This document shows positions 29,401 through 48,374 of a stretch of DNA of 248,000 bases, in pieces (the stretch's first letter is position 1; each line of letters begins with the position of its first letter). A program made the translations under genes and the position numbers. The stretch comes from Octopus vulgaris (taxonomy: Eukaryota): assembly GCA_951406725.2 (NCBI GenBank), contig OX597822.1:43420001-43668000 (forward strand), read 5' to 3'. The notes beneath the pieces are model-generated. The model was given only the letters and a program-made list of their open reading frames with translations. It did not search any database and was not told the DNA's origin.

Positions 29401-31362
29401 AAGATGGTACCTCACTTTATTCATCCGTTTTGAATCAGAAAAGCAATAATGAAGAATGCTTTTAAATGATATATAATCTTGCGCGTTTCGCCATATTGGC
29501 GAAATGATAACAACAGCATGGCCGTAGCCTCATGGCTGAAACATATAATAGAATAACAGAACAAAAGAATAAAAAACAAGCGTAATTTATGTTTTTTAGA
29601 AACCTGCGAGGCTTTATAAATAGACTCTGAGAGAGAAGCTTTTTCATGCAGGCATATAATTTTCAAAGATTTTCTGATATATTAAGCTTATAGTATATTC
29701 ATAAGGCGGTGAGCTGGTAGAATCGTTAGCACGCCGGACGAAATGCATAGCGGTATTTCGTCTGTCGCTACGTTGTGAGTTCAAATTCCGCCGAGATCGA
29801 TTTTCCTTTCATCCTTTCGGAGTCGATAAAATAAGTACCAGTTAGACATTGGGGTAGATGTAGTCGACTTAATCCCCCCCCCTCTAAATTTCAGGCCTTG
29901 TGCGTACAATAGAAGAGATTTATAGTCTATTCAAATACGTTTCATAACCTAACATTTTGCCTTTCTTTTGCATTTTGGGAAATAACTGCGTTACAAGAAA
30001 GAAAGTATTTCGTTCACATCGACCTAAACAAAGTCCATTTGCATTAAACTTTCCAAGGAAATATTTTTCTAATATCTTATTTAACAGATTTTTCATACAT
30101 TCATACATGCATCCTTTCCCATGAAAAAACATTTTTATATCACGTCCTACATGTCACACATAAAGAAATATGAGATTTAGTTTAAATGTGTATGTGTGTG
30201 TGTGTGTGTATGTGTGAGAGAGAGAGAAACAACTACCGACTCCCGACATTTTAAGGTCTTGCAAACTTTTTGTTCCATACATTCTGATAATCCGTAGTGC
30301 ATAATAATGAGGACAAGTTTTTGTCTAAAAATGTCAGCCATATTTCGATCCAGAAGTGTTCGTACATTTCCCGTTGCTCTTGTATAAAAAATGAAAGTGT
30401 ATTTTTATAAACTCAGTCACTGATCTCCAAGTGAATGTATAAATGAATGAACGTATGTATGCATTCATGCATGTACCAGTGCATGTATAAGTACGTATAT
30501 ATACGTGGCACTCCGTCGGTTATGACGACGAGCGTTCCAATTGATCTGACCCACGGAACAGCCTGCTCGTGAAATTAGCGCACAAGTGGCTGAGCACTCC
30601 ACATATATTTATATGTATTTTTTTGTAGTTTCAGCTGGGGCTATGCTGGAGTACCACCGTCTGGGACTCTCGACAGGAAGAGGTTTAAAAACGCCTACAT
30701 TCATGTTTGTTCTTTTTCTCTTTTAAATTTAGCGGTGATTCCGGTTACCAAAATTTTAGCCCAAGGTACCACGGAAGAAGACAGTTCCTTCACATCGATC
30801 CCAGTGCTCAACTGGTATTTATTTAATCGACGCCGAAGGGATGAGAGGCAAAGTTGACCTCGATGGAATTCGAACTCAAAAGAAGGCGGTCGAAATACCG
30901 GTTAGCATTTTACCCGGTGTGCTAACGCTTCTGCCAGTTGGCCGCCTTACATCTAGCAACCACATTGACCGGCCAACTGCTTGGTAGCGAGTCTGTGATG
31001 AAAGCAATTTACTTTGTTCATTTTAAGTAGTTCTTGTAGATATTTGTGTCAGAGATATCGTAATCGATGGTCGCATATGAATTAAGGATTTACATTCTCT
31101 CCCCATATTTGTATGAATGGCTAATTGGTCGTATGTAAGCGTGCATGCATATACAGATTCATAACTGCATGGCTGGGTTTATATACATGTTAAGTGTGTG
31201 TGTTTGTATGTGTGGTAGTGTTACTAACGTTCCTACACATATTATTTAATGTCCTTATTAATTATATATATTTGAGGGTATACAAATATAAACATATGTA
31301 TATAATTATATATATAGTGCATCATACACATGGGTATACATATATATATATATATATATATA

Positions 31363-31852
31363 CTAGCAGTATCGCCCGGCGTTGCTCGGGTTTGTAAGGG
31401 AAATAACTATATAAGCATTTTTAGAGAGTTATAGCAAAAAAATAGCAAAAAAATGCATTAAAAATGGAATAAAAATGATAATTTTTTTTTAAATCGTTGA
31501 CTCATCGTAGACATTTTTAGAGAGTTACTTCCCTTATATAATAGCGAAAAAATGCATTAAAATGGAAAAAATGATGGTAATTTTTTTTTAAATCGTTGAC
31601 TCATCGTAGACATTTTTAGAGAGTTACTTCCCTTATATAATAGCGAAAAAATGCATTAAAATGGAAAAAATGATGGTAATTTTTTTAAAATCGTAGACTC
31701 ATCGTAGACGCGCGCTAATACCCAGAAGGGCTCGATATGAATCACGACTATAAGATACCCGGTTTTGGTTAAACTGCACCGCAAAATGTGGGAGTAGTTA
31801 GGAATCTAAATCATAGGAGTCAGACACACAACTTCACTTTTATATATAAAGA
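31363..31852 (-). mobile_element. Helitron family A with internal tandem duplication
   Basis: CTAG + hairpin end, TCTTTATATATA start; ~117-bp internal segment reiterated. Confidence 0.8.
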
Positions 31853-32369
31853 AGATTTGTGCAACAACTAAAACATTCGGTTGTGCAAATTGTTTGCACA
31901 GGTAACCTGCCCTGTGTGGCGGTTTTTGCCGTTTTTGTGGATCTGTTTCAGCTTTTTTAGCGATTTCTGTTTTGGCGACTTCAAGCCATGAAGTCGTCGT
32001 TCTAAAAGAACGCTGGTCTCCTTGACAACGCTTTACGACGTTGATTTCCCTACCCTGCCTTCCCACAGCTTCACGAGGGAGGGAAGAAGGGGGAGAAGCA
32101 ACACAGGTGCAGGTATGAGCATGGACGCCAACTCCGCCGCCTTCCCTTTATTAAAAAAATATGCGTTAAAATGGAAAAAAATTATAGTAAATTATTTTTA
32201 AAATCGTAGACTCATCGTAGACGCGCGCTAATACCCAGACGGGCTTGATATGAATCACGACTATAAGATACCCGAATTTGGTGAAACTGCATCGCAAAAT
32301 GTGGGAGTAGTTAGGAATCTAAATCGTAGGAGACAGACACTCACACAACTTCACTTTTATATATATAGA
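31853..32369 (-). mobile_element. Helitron family A, long form, in tandem with the previous copy
   Basis: Same 5' end plus the extra ccatgaagtcgtcgttctaaaagaacgctgg segment seen at 114 kb and 221 kb. Confidence 0.75.
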
Positions 32370-32373
32370 TATA

Positions 32374-32705
32374 CAGTAGAACCTCGCAATACGAGAGCCC
32401 CATTGTACGAGTGATTTACTGTTCGAGCCGAGACTTATGCAAAAATTTGGCCTGTAGTACGAGCGGAAATCCGCAGTACGAGTACACAAATCATCCAGTC
32501 TTTAAGGTAATTCAGTTAATAAAACCAGTTTACATATTTCTCTTGCATTCTCTTTTTTATAATTGTCATTTTATTTGTAACTACACATTTTCTGATTTAA
32601 AACCCATCAAAAATTATTTTTGAATGTTTTTGGGGTGGGGCTGGAACGGATTAAGACAAGCTCGGTCATGGAACGAATTAAACTCGTACTACCAGATATC
32701 ACTGT
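32374..32705. mobile_element. pogo/Tigger-like MITE
   Basis: TA-CAGTAGAACCTCGCAATACGAG ... CTCGTACTACCAGATATCACTG-TA imperfect TIRs. Confidence 0.6.
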
Positions 32706-33251
32706 ATATGATTATATATGATTATAATTTTCTTTCGAAGAACAGCGTAGAAGTGCAAAGGTCGAACCCGACCCTATTACTTTCTGTGTATTATATATTG
32801 ACTTTTTAAAAGAAAACATTATTTTTCCTATATTTCATTATTTTGATCTATATTTTATTATTATTATGTTTACATACCTATATGTCCATGTATATTTTTA
32901 GTAATCCATACATTTTTATATTTCTAATATATCAATATATGATTCAGATTAAACAATTCTTATTTTATCTTAATTCATCCCGTATATGCATGTGTTAATC
33001 GTAGTCTGCCTGATTTAGACCTTTTCTATTGTATCTGTTATACTTGTATATATATATATACACATCTATCTATCTATATATATATATATATATATACACA
33101 CACATCTATATATATATGTGCGTGTGTTCTTTGTTTTTATGTTCAGTTATAATCAAAATTGTTTTACATTAATCTGATGGGGTACTTTATACTTTTGTAG
33201 AGCACAACTTTATTGTTCCTAAGCAAGAATTACTCTTGTTTAAGAATTATA

Positions 33252-33290
<39 letters not shown>

Positions 33291-33339
33291 CATATACATG
33301 TATATGTCTATACATATCTGTTTATATATATATGTATAG

Positions 33340-33410
<71 letters not shown>

Positions 33411-34906
33411 CATACATGTGTAAGCATATACAAAATCATACACACCCATATACGAATATAGGAGAACTACACAAAGCTTTCTTCCTTCCTAACTTAGGAG
33501 ATATATACTTAAGCTGCTCCTATCGTCCTTATTTATATGGCGGCCGTATTTATATAATAAAAGACATTTGGGTTTCTTCTGGGTGCCTTATTATTTTTAA
33601 TGGATTGAAGGAGACCACGCGATGCCACTGCATCGTATTATATACGTTCACCCTGTCTGTTAAAAGCCACTTTATCATGAAAGAGAAAGAGAAATAAATA
33701 GATTATAACAAAATTATTCTTATATATGTACAATTCTGGATGTCTATTATATTTAATGGTTTCTCCGAAACCACCAGACGCAAATGTATTATTATTTACA
33801 TTCGCCATTCTATTAAAAGCTACTTTATCATAGCAGTGAGAAAGAAAGGGTAAGACAGTGAGTGAGAGATAGCGAGATAGAGGGAGAATGAGAACAAAAG
33901 ATTATTGTAAAATTATGCTAATATATGTATATCGTATGTCAGTTGGTTGCAGTGATGCGTCAAGTTTGTCAGCAACATTGGTATATGTTAGTCATTATTA
34001 CCGCCTTCAGCTTCTATCACTGGCTACCAGAAATACGAAATGGAAAGCTGGGCGCTTATGTCCCATTTGCTTGTACATGTGATATTCATAAAGATGAAAC
34101 CCTGGACGAGAGCTAATGAGCCTTTACTGGTGGTTTAATCACAGGCAGGGCTTGTCCTAGGGTTGCTGGAGCCCCGAGCAAGCTGGACGTCGGCGCGTAT
34201 AAGATGACGTTTGTGGAAATTAAATTCTCTTGTCTTTGTCACGCCCTCCTTGGTGCTCCCTAGCACATGGCACCCCAGGTGACTGCCCAAGCTGCCGGTC
34301 CTGATTACTGACATATGTCATACCGTTTAAGATGTGAATTGAAGCTTTTGTTGGCCTTCAACAAATGTCCAGTTACAAGTAAACTTGTCCCATTGTTTTG
34401 TGAGTGCCGGAGATAACATGGGGTTAAAGGGGAAACAACTCTTAAAGAAATAAAGGAAAAGAACTTTGAAGACAGTATCATATAGCTATTGGGCAACTTC
34501 TGCACCAGAAGTAGTACTGGAAGTACTGCCTGTGATTTCCAATGGACTATACTGACGAGTCTGAGAAGCATATAGGACTAGGACCACCTTCTACTTGAGC
34601 TGAACGCTTATTATGTATTGGTTGAATTTCAGCAACAGTTATAGAAACTTTCTAGCTGTCTTTCCCGCTACGCTTAATTCCAGTATCGAAACGAAATTTC
34701 AGGTCGACGATATGAACGGGCAGTTACCATCACCAGAAGACTCCTTCTTACTTGTTTGGAGATTTGAAAGCCAGAGTCAGTGAAGAGCATGATGTCTGGG
34801 CTATATGCATCGGGAACCGCAGTGTGGATAAATGAACACGATCAGCTAAAGATTATTGGAACCGTGTTGCACCAGAGGCTTACACTACAATGTATATATA
34901 TATATA

Positions 34907-34939
<33 letters not shown>

Positions 34940-35176
34940 GTACATATATATATATATCACGTGATCACGTGACCGACCAGACCATCAGATGTTGCAACAG
35001 TGAAAGAGTGTTGAAAGAGTGGTGAAAGAGTACAGCAGGGATCACCCCCCCCCATGCCGGAGTCTCGTGGAGCTTTTTTAAACATTCACAACGCCCGGTC
35101 TGGGAATCGAAACCGTGATTCTACGACCGCGAGTCCGCTGCCCTAACCACTGGGCCATTGCACCTCCACTTATATA

Positions 35177-35212
<36 letters not shown>

Positions 35213-35519
35213 TGTATGTATGTATAATGAACTCGTATCTTGCTGAACAATTACACAGATGATTTGTTTATTGTTTATAATGATCAAATATTTGTGTTCA
35301 GATAACCGCACTTCCTCCATTAGAGATGCATGACGAGCCACATGTCAGAATACGAAGTGATCGCAGCGCCACGTGGAATGAAGTGGTTTTCTGAAGAACT
35401 CAATGCAATGCCCGGTCTGGGAATCGAACCCATGATCTTGAAATCGAGAGTGCTACCACCCTTAACCGCTAAGCCATGGGCCTTTACACTCGCACAAACA
35501 CATGTCACTGAGAGAGAAA

Positions 35520-35566
<47 letters not shown>

Positions 35567-36094
35567 GGAGAGAGAGAGAAAATACAACTGGAGGCTCGGT
35601 TCATAAATTAAAAACATGAACAGATTGCATTATGAAATCTTCAGAAATTGTGTAACGAACAAAAATTAAACTTTACAATTTATTAAGGACATCGCCGAAA
35701 AATATTAAGATACCTACAATATTAAGATATAGTGAGTAGTTGCGTTTGTTGAGACCATAACCTATCTGGATGTCCATTGTTAATTGTAAAGGTTATTTAC
35801 AATAGTTACGCAATCTCTGACTATTCAAAAATGTAATCTGTTTATAATACCTTCCTTTATATAACGTATATTATTGCGCGTAAAACATGTGTAAGATGGC
35901 GTAATCAAATAACTTGTGAGCCGATCTGCAGCTTTGGTTGATATTAAATTTAATCAATAAACGATTCTCCATAAAACCTTCCAACTTCAACCTACATTAC
36001 GACCTCATTATCATTCAACAGAACTCAGCATACCGTAGAAAATTTTAACTTAACAAAGATTATATAAAGCCAAGAGATACTCAAATGTTCTACA

Positions 36095-36140
36095 GTTCGA
36101 TGATCGCTTAGATGGCCGAAACTTCGAAGTCACCGTCAGG
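36095..36140 (+). ncRNA. Degenerate type I hammerhead
   Basis: acagt-TCGATGA...ggcc-GAAAC-ttcgaa-GTC-accgt; palindromic stem III ACTTCGAAGT; core mutated. Confidence 0.45.
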
Positions 36141-36194
36141 ACTACTCTTTGTTAAAGAATAATAAATATACAATATGTAATATATATATATCTC

Positions 36195-36573
36195 TCTCTA
36201 TATAAACGGCAGTTTGTCTGTGCATTTTCTGTGTGTCTGTTTTCTCGTACCCTCACTCTGACCACGGCTTTCAACCGATTCTGATGAAACTTGACACACA
36301 CATAGCCCAATCTCATAATTCAAAACTAACGCAGCGAAAATTTTGAAAAGTTCCCCCAGTTCTGAAAAAAATCGATAAATTCGACATGGGGTCCAGAATC
36401 AGAAACCCAAACCACAGACCGTCTAGGGGACGCAAGCTCCACCTTTTTTAACTCTCAAAAAAAATTTACCATCATTTTTTTCCATTTTTTTGCTATTTTT
36501 TGGCTATAACTCTCTAAAAATGCTTTATAGTTATTTCCCTTACAAACCTGAGCAACGCCGGGCGATACTGCTA

Positions 36574-36574
<1 letters not shown>
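36195..36574 (+). mobile_element. Chimeric Helitron (family B 5' half + family A 3' half)
   Basis: 5' half matches the 84179-84616 element; 3' ~130 bp matches the family A end ...gagcaacgccgggcgatactgCTAG. Confidence 0.75.
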
Positions 36575-36617
<43 letters not shown>

Positions 36618-36644
36618 ATATACATATATATATGCATGTATGTA

Positions 36645-36722
<78 letters not shown>

Positions 36723-36761
36723 CAGATTATCTCTCTCTCTTTCTATCTATCTATCTATCGT

Positions 36762-37679
<918 letters not shown>

Positions 37680-38449
37680 CATATTCATGTATCTATCTAT
37701 CTATCTATCTATCTATCCATCTAGGATTATATACATAGACTCTCTCACCTTCTCTCTATATATGTATGTACAATTATGTAAATAATGTACATATATATAT
37801 GCATATATGTATACATACATATGCATACATATATGTTTGCATAAACACATATACACAGGCCCAGGGGAGAGAGGAGGAAGGGGGAGAGAAAGGAAGAGAT
37901 AAAGATGGAGGGATTGGTATATTTACTTAGTAAGATATTTATTTTTGTTTTTATTTCAAAATATACAATAACATATCTTCATTACCGGTTCTTGATACGA
38001 AATTATGTATAATTTTGTTGTATATAAATCGCATATAATTGCGTAGTATAATGTAATGGCGCATAGAATCGAACAGTGAACAAGGTAAACAAAAACTTTT
38101 AGAAAAACGACAAAAACAAAAGAAAAAAAAGGCTAAAAAGAAGCCAGACAATTAAGTTTCACGAATATATTTCTTGATATTAAATTAGAATGGGTCTCTC
38201 AAAATGGTTTTATTCTTTGAGTATAACCATTTTCCAGAATATTTTATGTCTAAAAGACGTATGGAGAAAGGATACAATGTGAGACCTTTCGTTATTTGTT
38301 ATTGATTATTGATCTCTGTCAGACATTTAATATATAACAGCAATTTCGTGCTTGAACTCCAAGTTAACCCGTGTCAAATGTATTGGTGGCTTTACTCTCA
38401 TTGAGTAATTTTATTAAAAATATTTCGGAAGGTCTCCATTTCATAATAT

Positions 38450-38635
38450 CTTCTTCTTCTTCTTCTTCTTCTTCTTCTTCTTCTTCTTCTTCTTCTTCTT
38501 CTTCTTCTTCTTCTTCTTCTTCTTCTTCTTCTTCTTCTTCTTCTTCTTCTTCTTCTTCTTCTTCTTCTTCTTCTTCTTCTTCTTCTTCTTCTTCTTCTTC
38601 TTCTTCTTCTTCTTCTTCTTCTTCTTCTTCTAAGC

Positions 38636-38682
<47 letters not shown>

Positions 38683-38696
38683 TAATAATAATAATA

Positions 38697-38760
<64 letters not shown>

Positions 38761-38774
38761 TAATAATAATAATA

Positions 38775-38838
<64 letters not shown>

Positions 38839-38840
38839 GT
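38450..38840. repeat. Compound (TTC)n + (AAT)n microsatellite
   Basis: About 60 TTC units followed by about 65 AAT units. Confidence 0.95.
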
Positions 38841-38990
38841 TTTGGCACAAGGCCAACAAGCTCGTGGGACGTGGGCATGAATCGATTACATCGACTTCAG
38901 TGACTAACTGGTACTTATTTAATTGACTCCGAAATGATGAAAGGCAAAGTCGACCTCGGCCGAATTTGAATTCGAACACACACACACATA

Positions 38991-39047
<57 letters not shown>

Positions 39048-41945
39048 CACACAACAACAACAACAACAACAACATACACATACACCCATGTACGTATATA
39101 TGTATGTATGTGCGTGTGCATGTCATTGTTAAGTTTTATTTCAAGATTTCCTGCTATTAGAGAAAGAGTCGGTTTCTAACCTAGATTCAAGATTCCTTCA
39201 TTGGAATTTCAACATCAACAACAGGGTATTTTTGTATGAATGTATGTATGCACAGATTTGTATGTTTTATGTATGTATTCTCATGCATATAGTTACAAAG
39301 ACATGCTCATATATATTTAAATGATAATTGTCTGGAAAATTTTACAGATTTTTACAGTTCCAGTGATGGATTAGATCTGTAGTCTTCGAATTAGCTTTCT
39401 CCTTTCTGGATTTGGGAAGCCCAATCTCTCAAAATTGGTGTTTAATGTATGTATGTATGTATGTATGTATGTAAGCTTGTTTTCGTTTAAGAGTTCCGAT
39501 TTGAAGGAATTCGTAAACTAAGAAGTGGAAGTGATCTGCATTCAACGCCTTAGTCCACTTCAGCAGCCGTAAACGACAAAGGAATATTAGTGGAAAGCTG
39601 CAGTTTAAAATGTGACACGTAGAAACATGTCTACTTATACCTGTATAAGTTCCGTTTTCTGCAATAACCGGAAGTGGGTCAGGAGAAATCTTTAATGAAT
39701 ACCCCTCGTACTTTGCCCATTTACACACTGTCTTTCCAACTGACGTCTCAGAATGAACTGGTTGTAGCCCCCAAGTAAACATGGGTCAGGGAAAAACTTA
39801 ATCAACCAGAAGGGTTGAAATTCATGCAATAGCACAAAATGTGGGAGCTGAGGGATATCCAGCAGTTATGCCAAGGAGGCAGGCCGGACCCTTAGAGTTC
39901 ACGTAGTTATGGGTCGAAAGGCTGGTACGACAGGAGTTGCTTCTTCTCCGAAGACATTCGGCTGTTCAGGTCTTAACATTTCGTACGACTCTCTAATTGT
40001 TTTTTGTTTCAGAAATTAACTTCCGTTTCATTTTTTGGATATAAGTTACGGGACTCAGTATTACTCAAAGTTAAAGAGGCGAGCGGGGAGAAACGTTGCA
40101 CTTCGGGCAAAATATTCAGTGGTATTTCGTCTGTTTTTAGGTTCTGGGTTAAAATTCTGCCAAGGTCAATTTCGCCTTTCATCCTTTTGGAGCCGATAAA
40201 ATAAGTACCAGCTGAACACTGGGCTCGACACTATTTCTATGCTCAGTTAAATATTATGGAATATATATCCATTTACACACCGTCTTTCCAATAATGGTGA
40301 TATTAATCGTCTATAGTGTTAGCTACATTAATTATTAGGCCTTATAAGAACTATTGAGTGTGGAGGTGCATTGGCCCAGTGGTAGGGGCAGTGGACTCGC
40401 GATCATAGGATCGCGGTTTCGATTCCCAGACCGAGCGTTGTGAGTGTTTGTTGAGCGAAAACACCTAAAGCTCCACGAGGCTCCGGCAGTGGGTGTTGGC
40501 GATCCCTGCCGTACTCTTTCGCCACAAATTTCTCTCACTCTTTCTTCTGTTGGCCTGCTCGCTTAGCCAGCGGAGTGGCACCATTGGAAGGCTAAAACAA
40601 TGCGAAGTCTAGTGACCAGCGATGTGTAGCAACATCTGATAGTCTGGTCGGTCACAGTGATCACGGTGATAAGAAATATTGTACTATTCTGTGACTGTAG
40701 CATTGTTGGCTATAGGAGTGCTACCAATAGTCATTGCTTAGTTCCATATCAGCTTGAATGAATAAAGTTATACTTGAAAACGGTGCAGCCACGAATATCC
40801 AGTTCATGAGGCCATTGCTGTCGTTGGTTTTATTGCTGTTCTGTTTCAAATCATTCCTGATGGGGCCAACGCAGTGAAACCATTGCGAATATAAGCACGT
40901 CGTCCATTTTCTACGTATAGTATACATTGGACTATATTAACCGATGTATAACGTGTTCGTTAAAATTATAGGTTCTCAATTGAGTGTGATTTTATGGTTA
41001 TCAGGGCTTGTGTGCACACAAAAAGGCTACCTCTAATACTCGAAACTAGACACTAATCACATTTAGAGTTAGAGAAACGTCTGCTCACATTAACAACATG
41101 CGATATATTATCTGTGGTGATAAGACGTGGACCAGTTTAAAACTACTACTGGCCGGTAGGTGTCTCTACCTCACATTTTTACAAACATTCGGATTAAATT
41201 ATCTCCACTGACTAGTATGTGTCTCTACCTTTAATTTTTTACAAGCATACGGACTAGATTTCCAATTTAAGAATAATGAGATCTTGTATTTTCCTTCCTC
41301 CGTCTTAGCTGTCACAAAGACCTTCAAACAGGTTGCTGGCGCTGTTCATTCTGATGTCATGTAGCCATAAGTATAATAATGAAGCCCTAATCTAATTTTG
41401 GAATATAACATCAGGAGCTTGTCGATTTTTGATTTAATCATCTTGAAAAATTCCTTTTTTTCCCCCAGTCAGCACAACCAGTGTATCGGCCTGAATTGTC
41501 TTCATTTTGCATTCAAAATTACGGTCAATAGCTGGAAAATCTTAATTCTAATTGTTGATAAATATATTCCTTCCCGTTGCACTTTATCAAATTTCCTTCC
41601 GTTCTTGTTTTTATTATACTATCCACCAATATTTTTTCGGCGTTCTTTCCCATATTGTATCTGGTCGACTTCCAACTGGCCGCAGGAAAGAAATTCTAAA
41701 CTCCTTGAGTATAGTATTAATACACTTCACTGCTATTGTATGTGTCTCATCACAAATTTCTTTCGTCTTTTGTCTTCTGTCTAAGTCATTAACATAACTT
41801 TTCATCGGCTCATCTCAGTACTTTACTGCAAAAGACAATATTTATATACATATACCTAATACACACGCATACATTCATACAAACATGAATACATACATAG
41901 ATACGTAAATATACGTATATACACGAACATATATACATACATATG

Positions 41946-41989
<44 letters not shown>

Positions 41990-41993
41990 TGTG

Positions 41994-42063
<70 letters not shown>

Positions 42064-42308
42064 TGTATGTATGTATGTATGTATACGTATATAATACAGA
42101 TATGTGTGTATGTTGTACATACGCACTCTGTAAGTAGAGTGGCGGTGCAGTGATGTCAGCTGAAAACCTAACAAACGAACAAATGGTTCAAAGTGGGTGC
42201 AAACAAACACCTCTTTCCACCTCTCTCTTTTCTCCTCTCTCTCATTATATATATTTGTGTGTGTGTATATATTTGTGTATAATATACACACGCACACCGC
42301 ACACACAT

Positions 42309-42341
<33 letters not shown>

Positions 42342-42403
42342 CATACGTACAGATATACATCCATATTTATACGTATATATATACATATATGTATATATAT
42401 TTA

Positions 42404-42474
<71 letters not shown>

Positions 42475-42477
42475 ATA

Positions 42478-42528
<51 letters not shown>

Positions 42529-43052
42529 AATCGTATATAGAGTGTATATGTAAAGAGAGACATAAGTATATATAAAGGCTTCGATATAGAAATGCGGTAG
42601 TTTCATATATGCATATATACATACACACATACATGCATGCATACATACAAACATACATACATACATACAAACATACATACATACATACATACATACAGAA
42701 GCTGTGAAATATTAACACAATACACACCTGTATGTCTGTGTGTCACTGTGTGAACGCGTGCACGTGCGTGCGTGTGTGTGTATGTGTGTGTTTTGGGTGT
42801 GTTGGGAGGGTTTGACAGCTTGTTCGATTTTTATAAAGTCAAGCAACAGGAACTGCCTCAGGCCCATCATCTTCAAAAGCTCTTCTACTCAATTATTCTG
42901 CCGCTTTCCCGTCTCTTTCACCTTTAATTTCACACTCCATCCCCCTCTTCATCCTCCTTCCCTCCTCCTCGACCTCCCGCTTCTGTCTCCCCCTTCCTCT
43001 TCATCTTCTTCCCTTCTTTTTGTTTTCGTTCCCCTTTACCTTTTTGCTATTG

Positions 43053-43128
<76 letters not shown>

Positions 43129-43254
43129 CATTAAGGCGGCTAGCTGACAAAATCGATATCCCGCTGGGTGAAATGCTTAGTGATATTTCGCCCATCGCTA
43201 TATTCTGAGTTCAAATTCGGCTGAGGTCGACTTTGCTTTTTATCTTTTCGGGGT

Positions 43255-44400
43255 CCTTAGATATGGAGCAGAGGTAATTGCGTGGAGAATAGACGGACTA
43301 AACAGCCTAGACAGAAAGACAAGGAAGTTGCTTACTAGATATGGGTCACTCTACCCAAAAAGCGACACAGACAAACTCTATGTACAAAGAAAAAGAGGGG
43401 GAACAGGACTTATTGGATGCGAACATAGCATTAGAGCAGAAGAAAACAACATAGTATGGTATGTAAAAAATGTCACAGAACCTCTTTTACTAGGAGTAAG
43501 AAGGTCAGGCTTTGTAGGATGAAAGATTGCAAAGATAAAGCACAATACAAGAAAGTGAAAACGAATGAAACTAAGAACAGGTGGGTAAAGAAAAAAAATG
43601 CATGGACAATTTCATATGGATGTTGAAGATAAGACAGACAGAGAAAAAAGATGGCTGTGGATGACTAAAGTAATTTAAAACCGGAAACGATGGCTCTAAT
43701 CTGTGCTGCCCAAGAGCAAGCACTAAGAACACATTACATAAAATACAGAATAGACAACACATCAGAAAGTGATAAGTGCAGAATCTATGGACAAAACGGT
43801 GAAACCGTATGGCATATTACCAGCCAAAGTAGGCTACTAGCCCAGAAGGAATATAAGAGACGCCACGACAATGTTGCCAGGCTTGTAATTTGGATACTTT
43901 GCAACAAATATGGACTTGACAGAGCAAAAAATTGGTACGACCACAAACCTGAAGTCATCGTGATTTTTTGATTCAGTGCGACCATGAGATAGAGAATACG
44001 AAGCCAGACATTGTCTTAATTGGGAAAGAAACCAAACTATGCTGGATCATAGATATAGCATGCTCTCAACAAGGTATGCGATAAGGAAGAAATAAAAGTC
44101 GATAGATATGACAGGTTAGCTTGGGAGGTTAAGCGGTTCTGGTCGCTGAAAAACGTGGTAGTAGTACCAACAATTATCGGAGCCCTGGGAAAAGTGAGTA
44201 AAAATCTTGAGAAGTACGTGGAACAAATACGGGCTGCAATAAGGGTGGAGCAATTGCAGAAAACAGCACTGCTTGGAACCGCTCGAATACTCCGGAAGCT
44301 GTTCGAAAAATAAGAGGTGTTATCTTAGTTCACTGGTAGTGAACAGATGACACCGTAGTACATCTCCAGCGTTAGAAGCTGAGCAATGGCAATAAAAGTG
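43255..44400 (+). mobile_element. R4-clade (RLE) LINE family 2, 3' fragment
   Basis: LYPKSDTDKLYVQRKRGG, CRIYGQNGETVWHI, RRHDNVA, KPDIV; 3' UTR runs into (AAT)n. Confidence 0.85.
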
Positions 44401-44451
44401 ATAATAATAATGATAATAATATTAATAATGATGATGATGATGGTGATGATG

Positions 44452-47473
<3,022 letters not shown>

Positions 47474-47904
47474 TAGTAATCCTTTCTACAAAGGACACAA
47501 GTCCTGATATTTTGGGGGAGGGGTTAAATCAATTACATCGACCCTAGTACTTTACTGGTACTCAACTTATCGACCTCAAAATGATTAAAAGGAAAGTAAA
47601 CTTCGGCGGAATTTGAACTCAGAATGTAAAGACGGACGATAAGCATTTCGCCCGGCGTGCTAATGTTACCAGTTCAACGCCTTAGTAATAATAATAACTA
47701 TCCTTTCTTCTAAAGGCCCAAAGCCTGAAATTTGTGGGGGAAAGGGAAGGTCGATCACATCGACTCTAGCGTTTGATTGGTACTTAATTTATCGACCCCG
47801 AAAAGATGACAGGCAAAAGCTACCTCGGTGGAATTTGAACTCAGAGCGTAATGACGGGTGAAATACTGCTGAGCATTTGTCCGGCTTGCTAACGATTTTC
47901 TTTG

Positions 47905-48366
47905 TGTAAAAGAAGAGTTGCAGCAAATATTCTGCTCAATACCACAGATTTGCTTGTCAGTTGTTTGACATTAATCAGTTGAGCATGTCCCTTAGTGGCT
48001 GACAATATGTGCATCTCTGAGCAGAACTAGTGGGAGAGCATCATAGACATGTGTTGAGAGGGATTCTTTAGGGCTTGGATAATTCACCTTTGGAAATATG
48101 AGTGTTTCGTTCAACATCCCTAAGCAAACCTTACTCATGGACCTTTTGTGTGGGATGGACTACTCGACCCGAAGAAAATTCTAACTGGGCCCCAGTTGCT
48201 AAGTCATGCGCTGTTTATCTTGATATGAGACCACCACGTAGCGCACATATGGTTGTGATGAATGTTCTTGGTGTACCCTTATCAGACGGGTAGTCATGAT
48301 AAGTATACTGGGCTTCGTATATTTTGCCGCAGTGTTGTATTGATCGCATGCACTGCTCTCTCACTC
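47905..48366 (+). mobile_element. ~555-bp non-coding (AAT)n-associated element, 5'-truncated diverged copy
   Basis: Aligns to 50705-51259 and ends ctgctctctcactc. Confidence 0.75.
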
Positions 48367-48374
48367 AAAAAGGA

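Noticed and set aside
34300-34860. Possible LINE endonuclease remnant
   Set aside because: Too degenerate; diagnostic motifs not found.
41280-41830. Unique-looking sequence with fragmentary minus-strand frames
   Set aside because: Multiple stops and no motif I can assign; possibly an old transposase, but unsupported.
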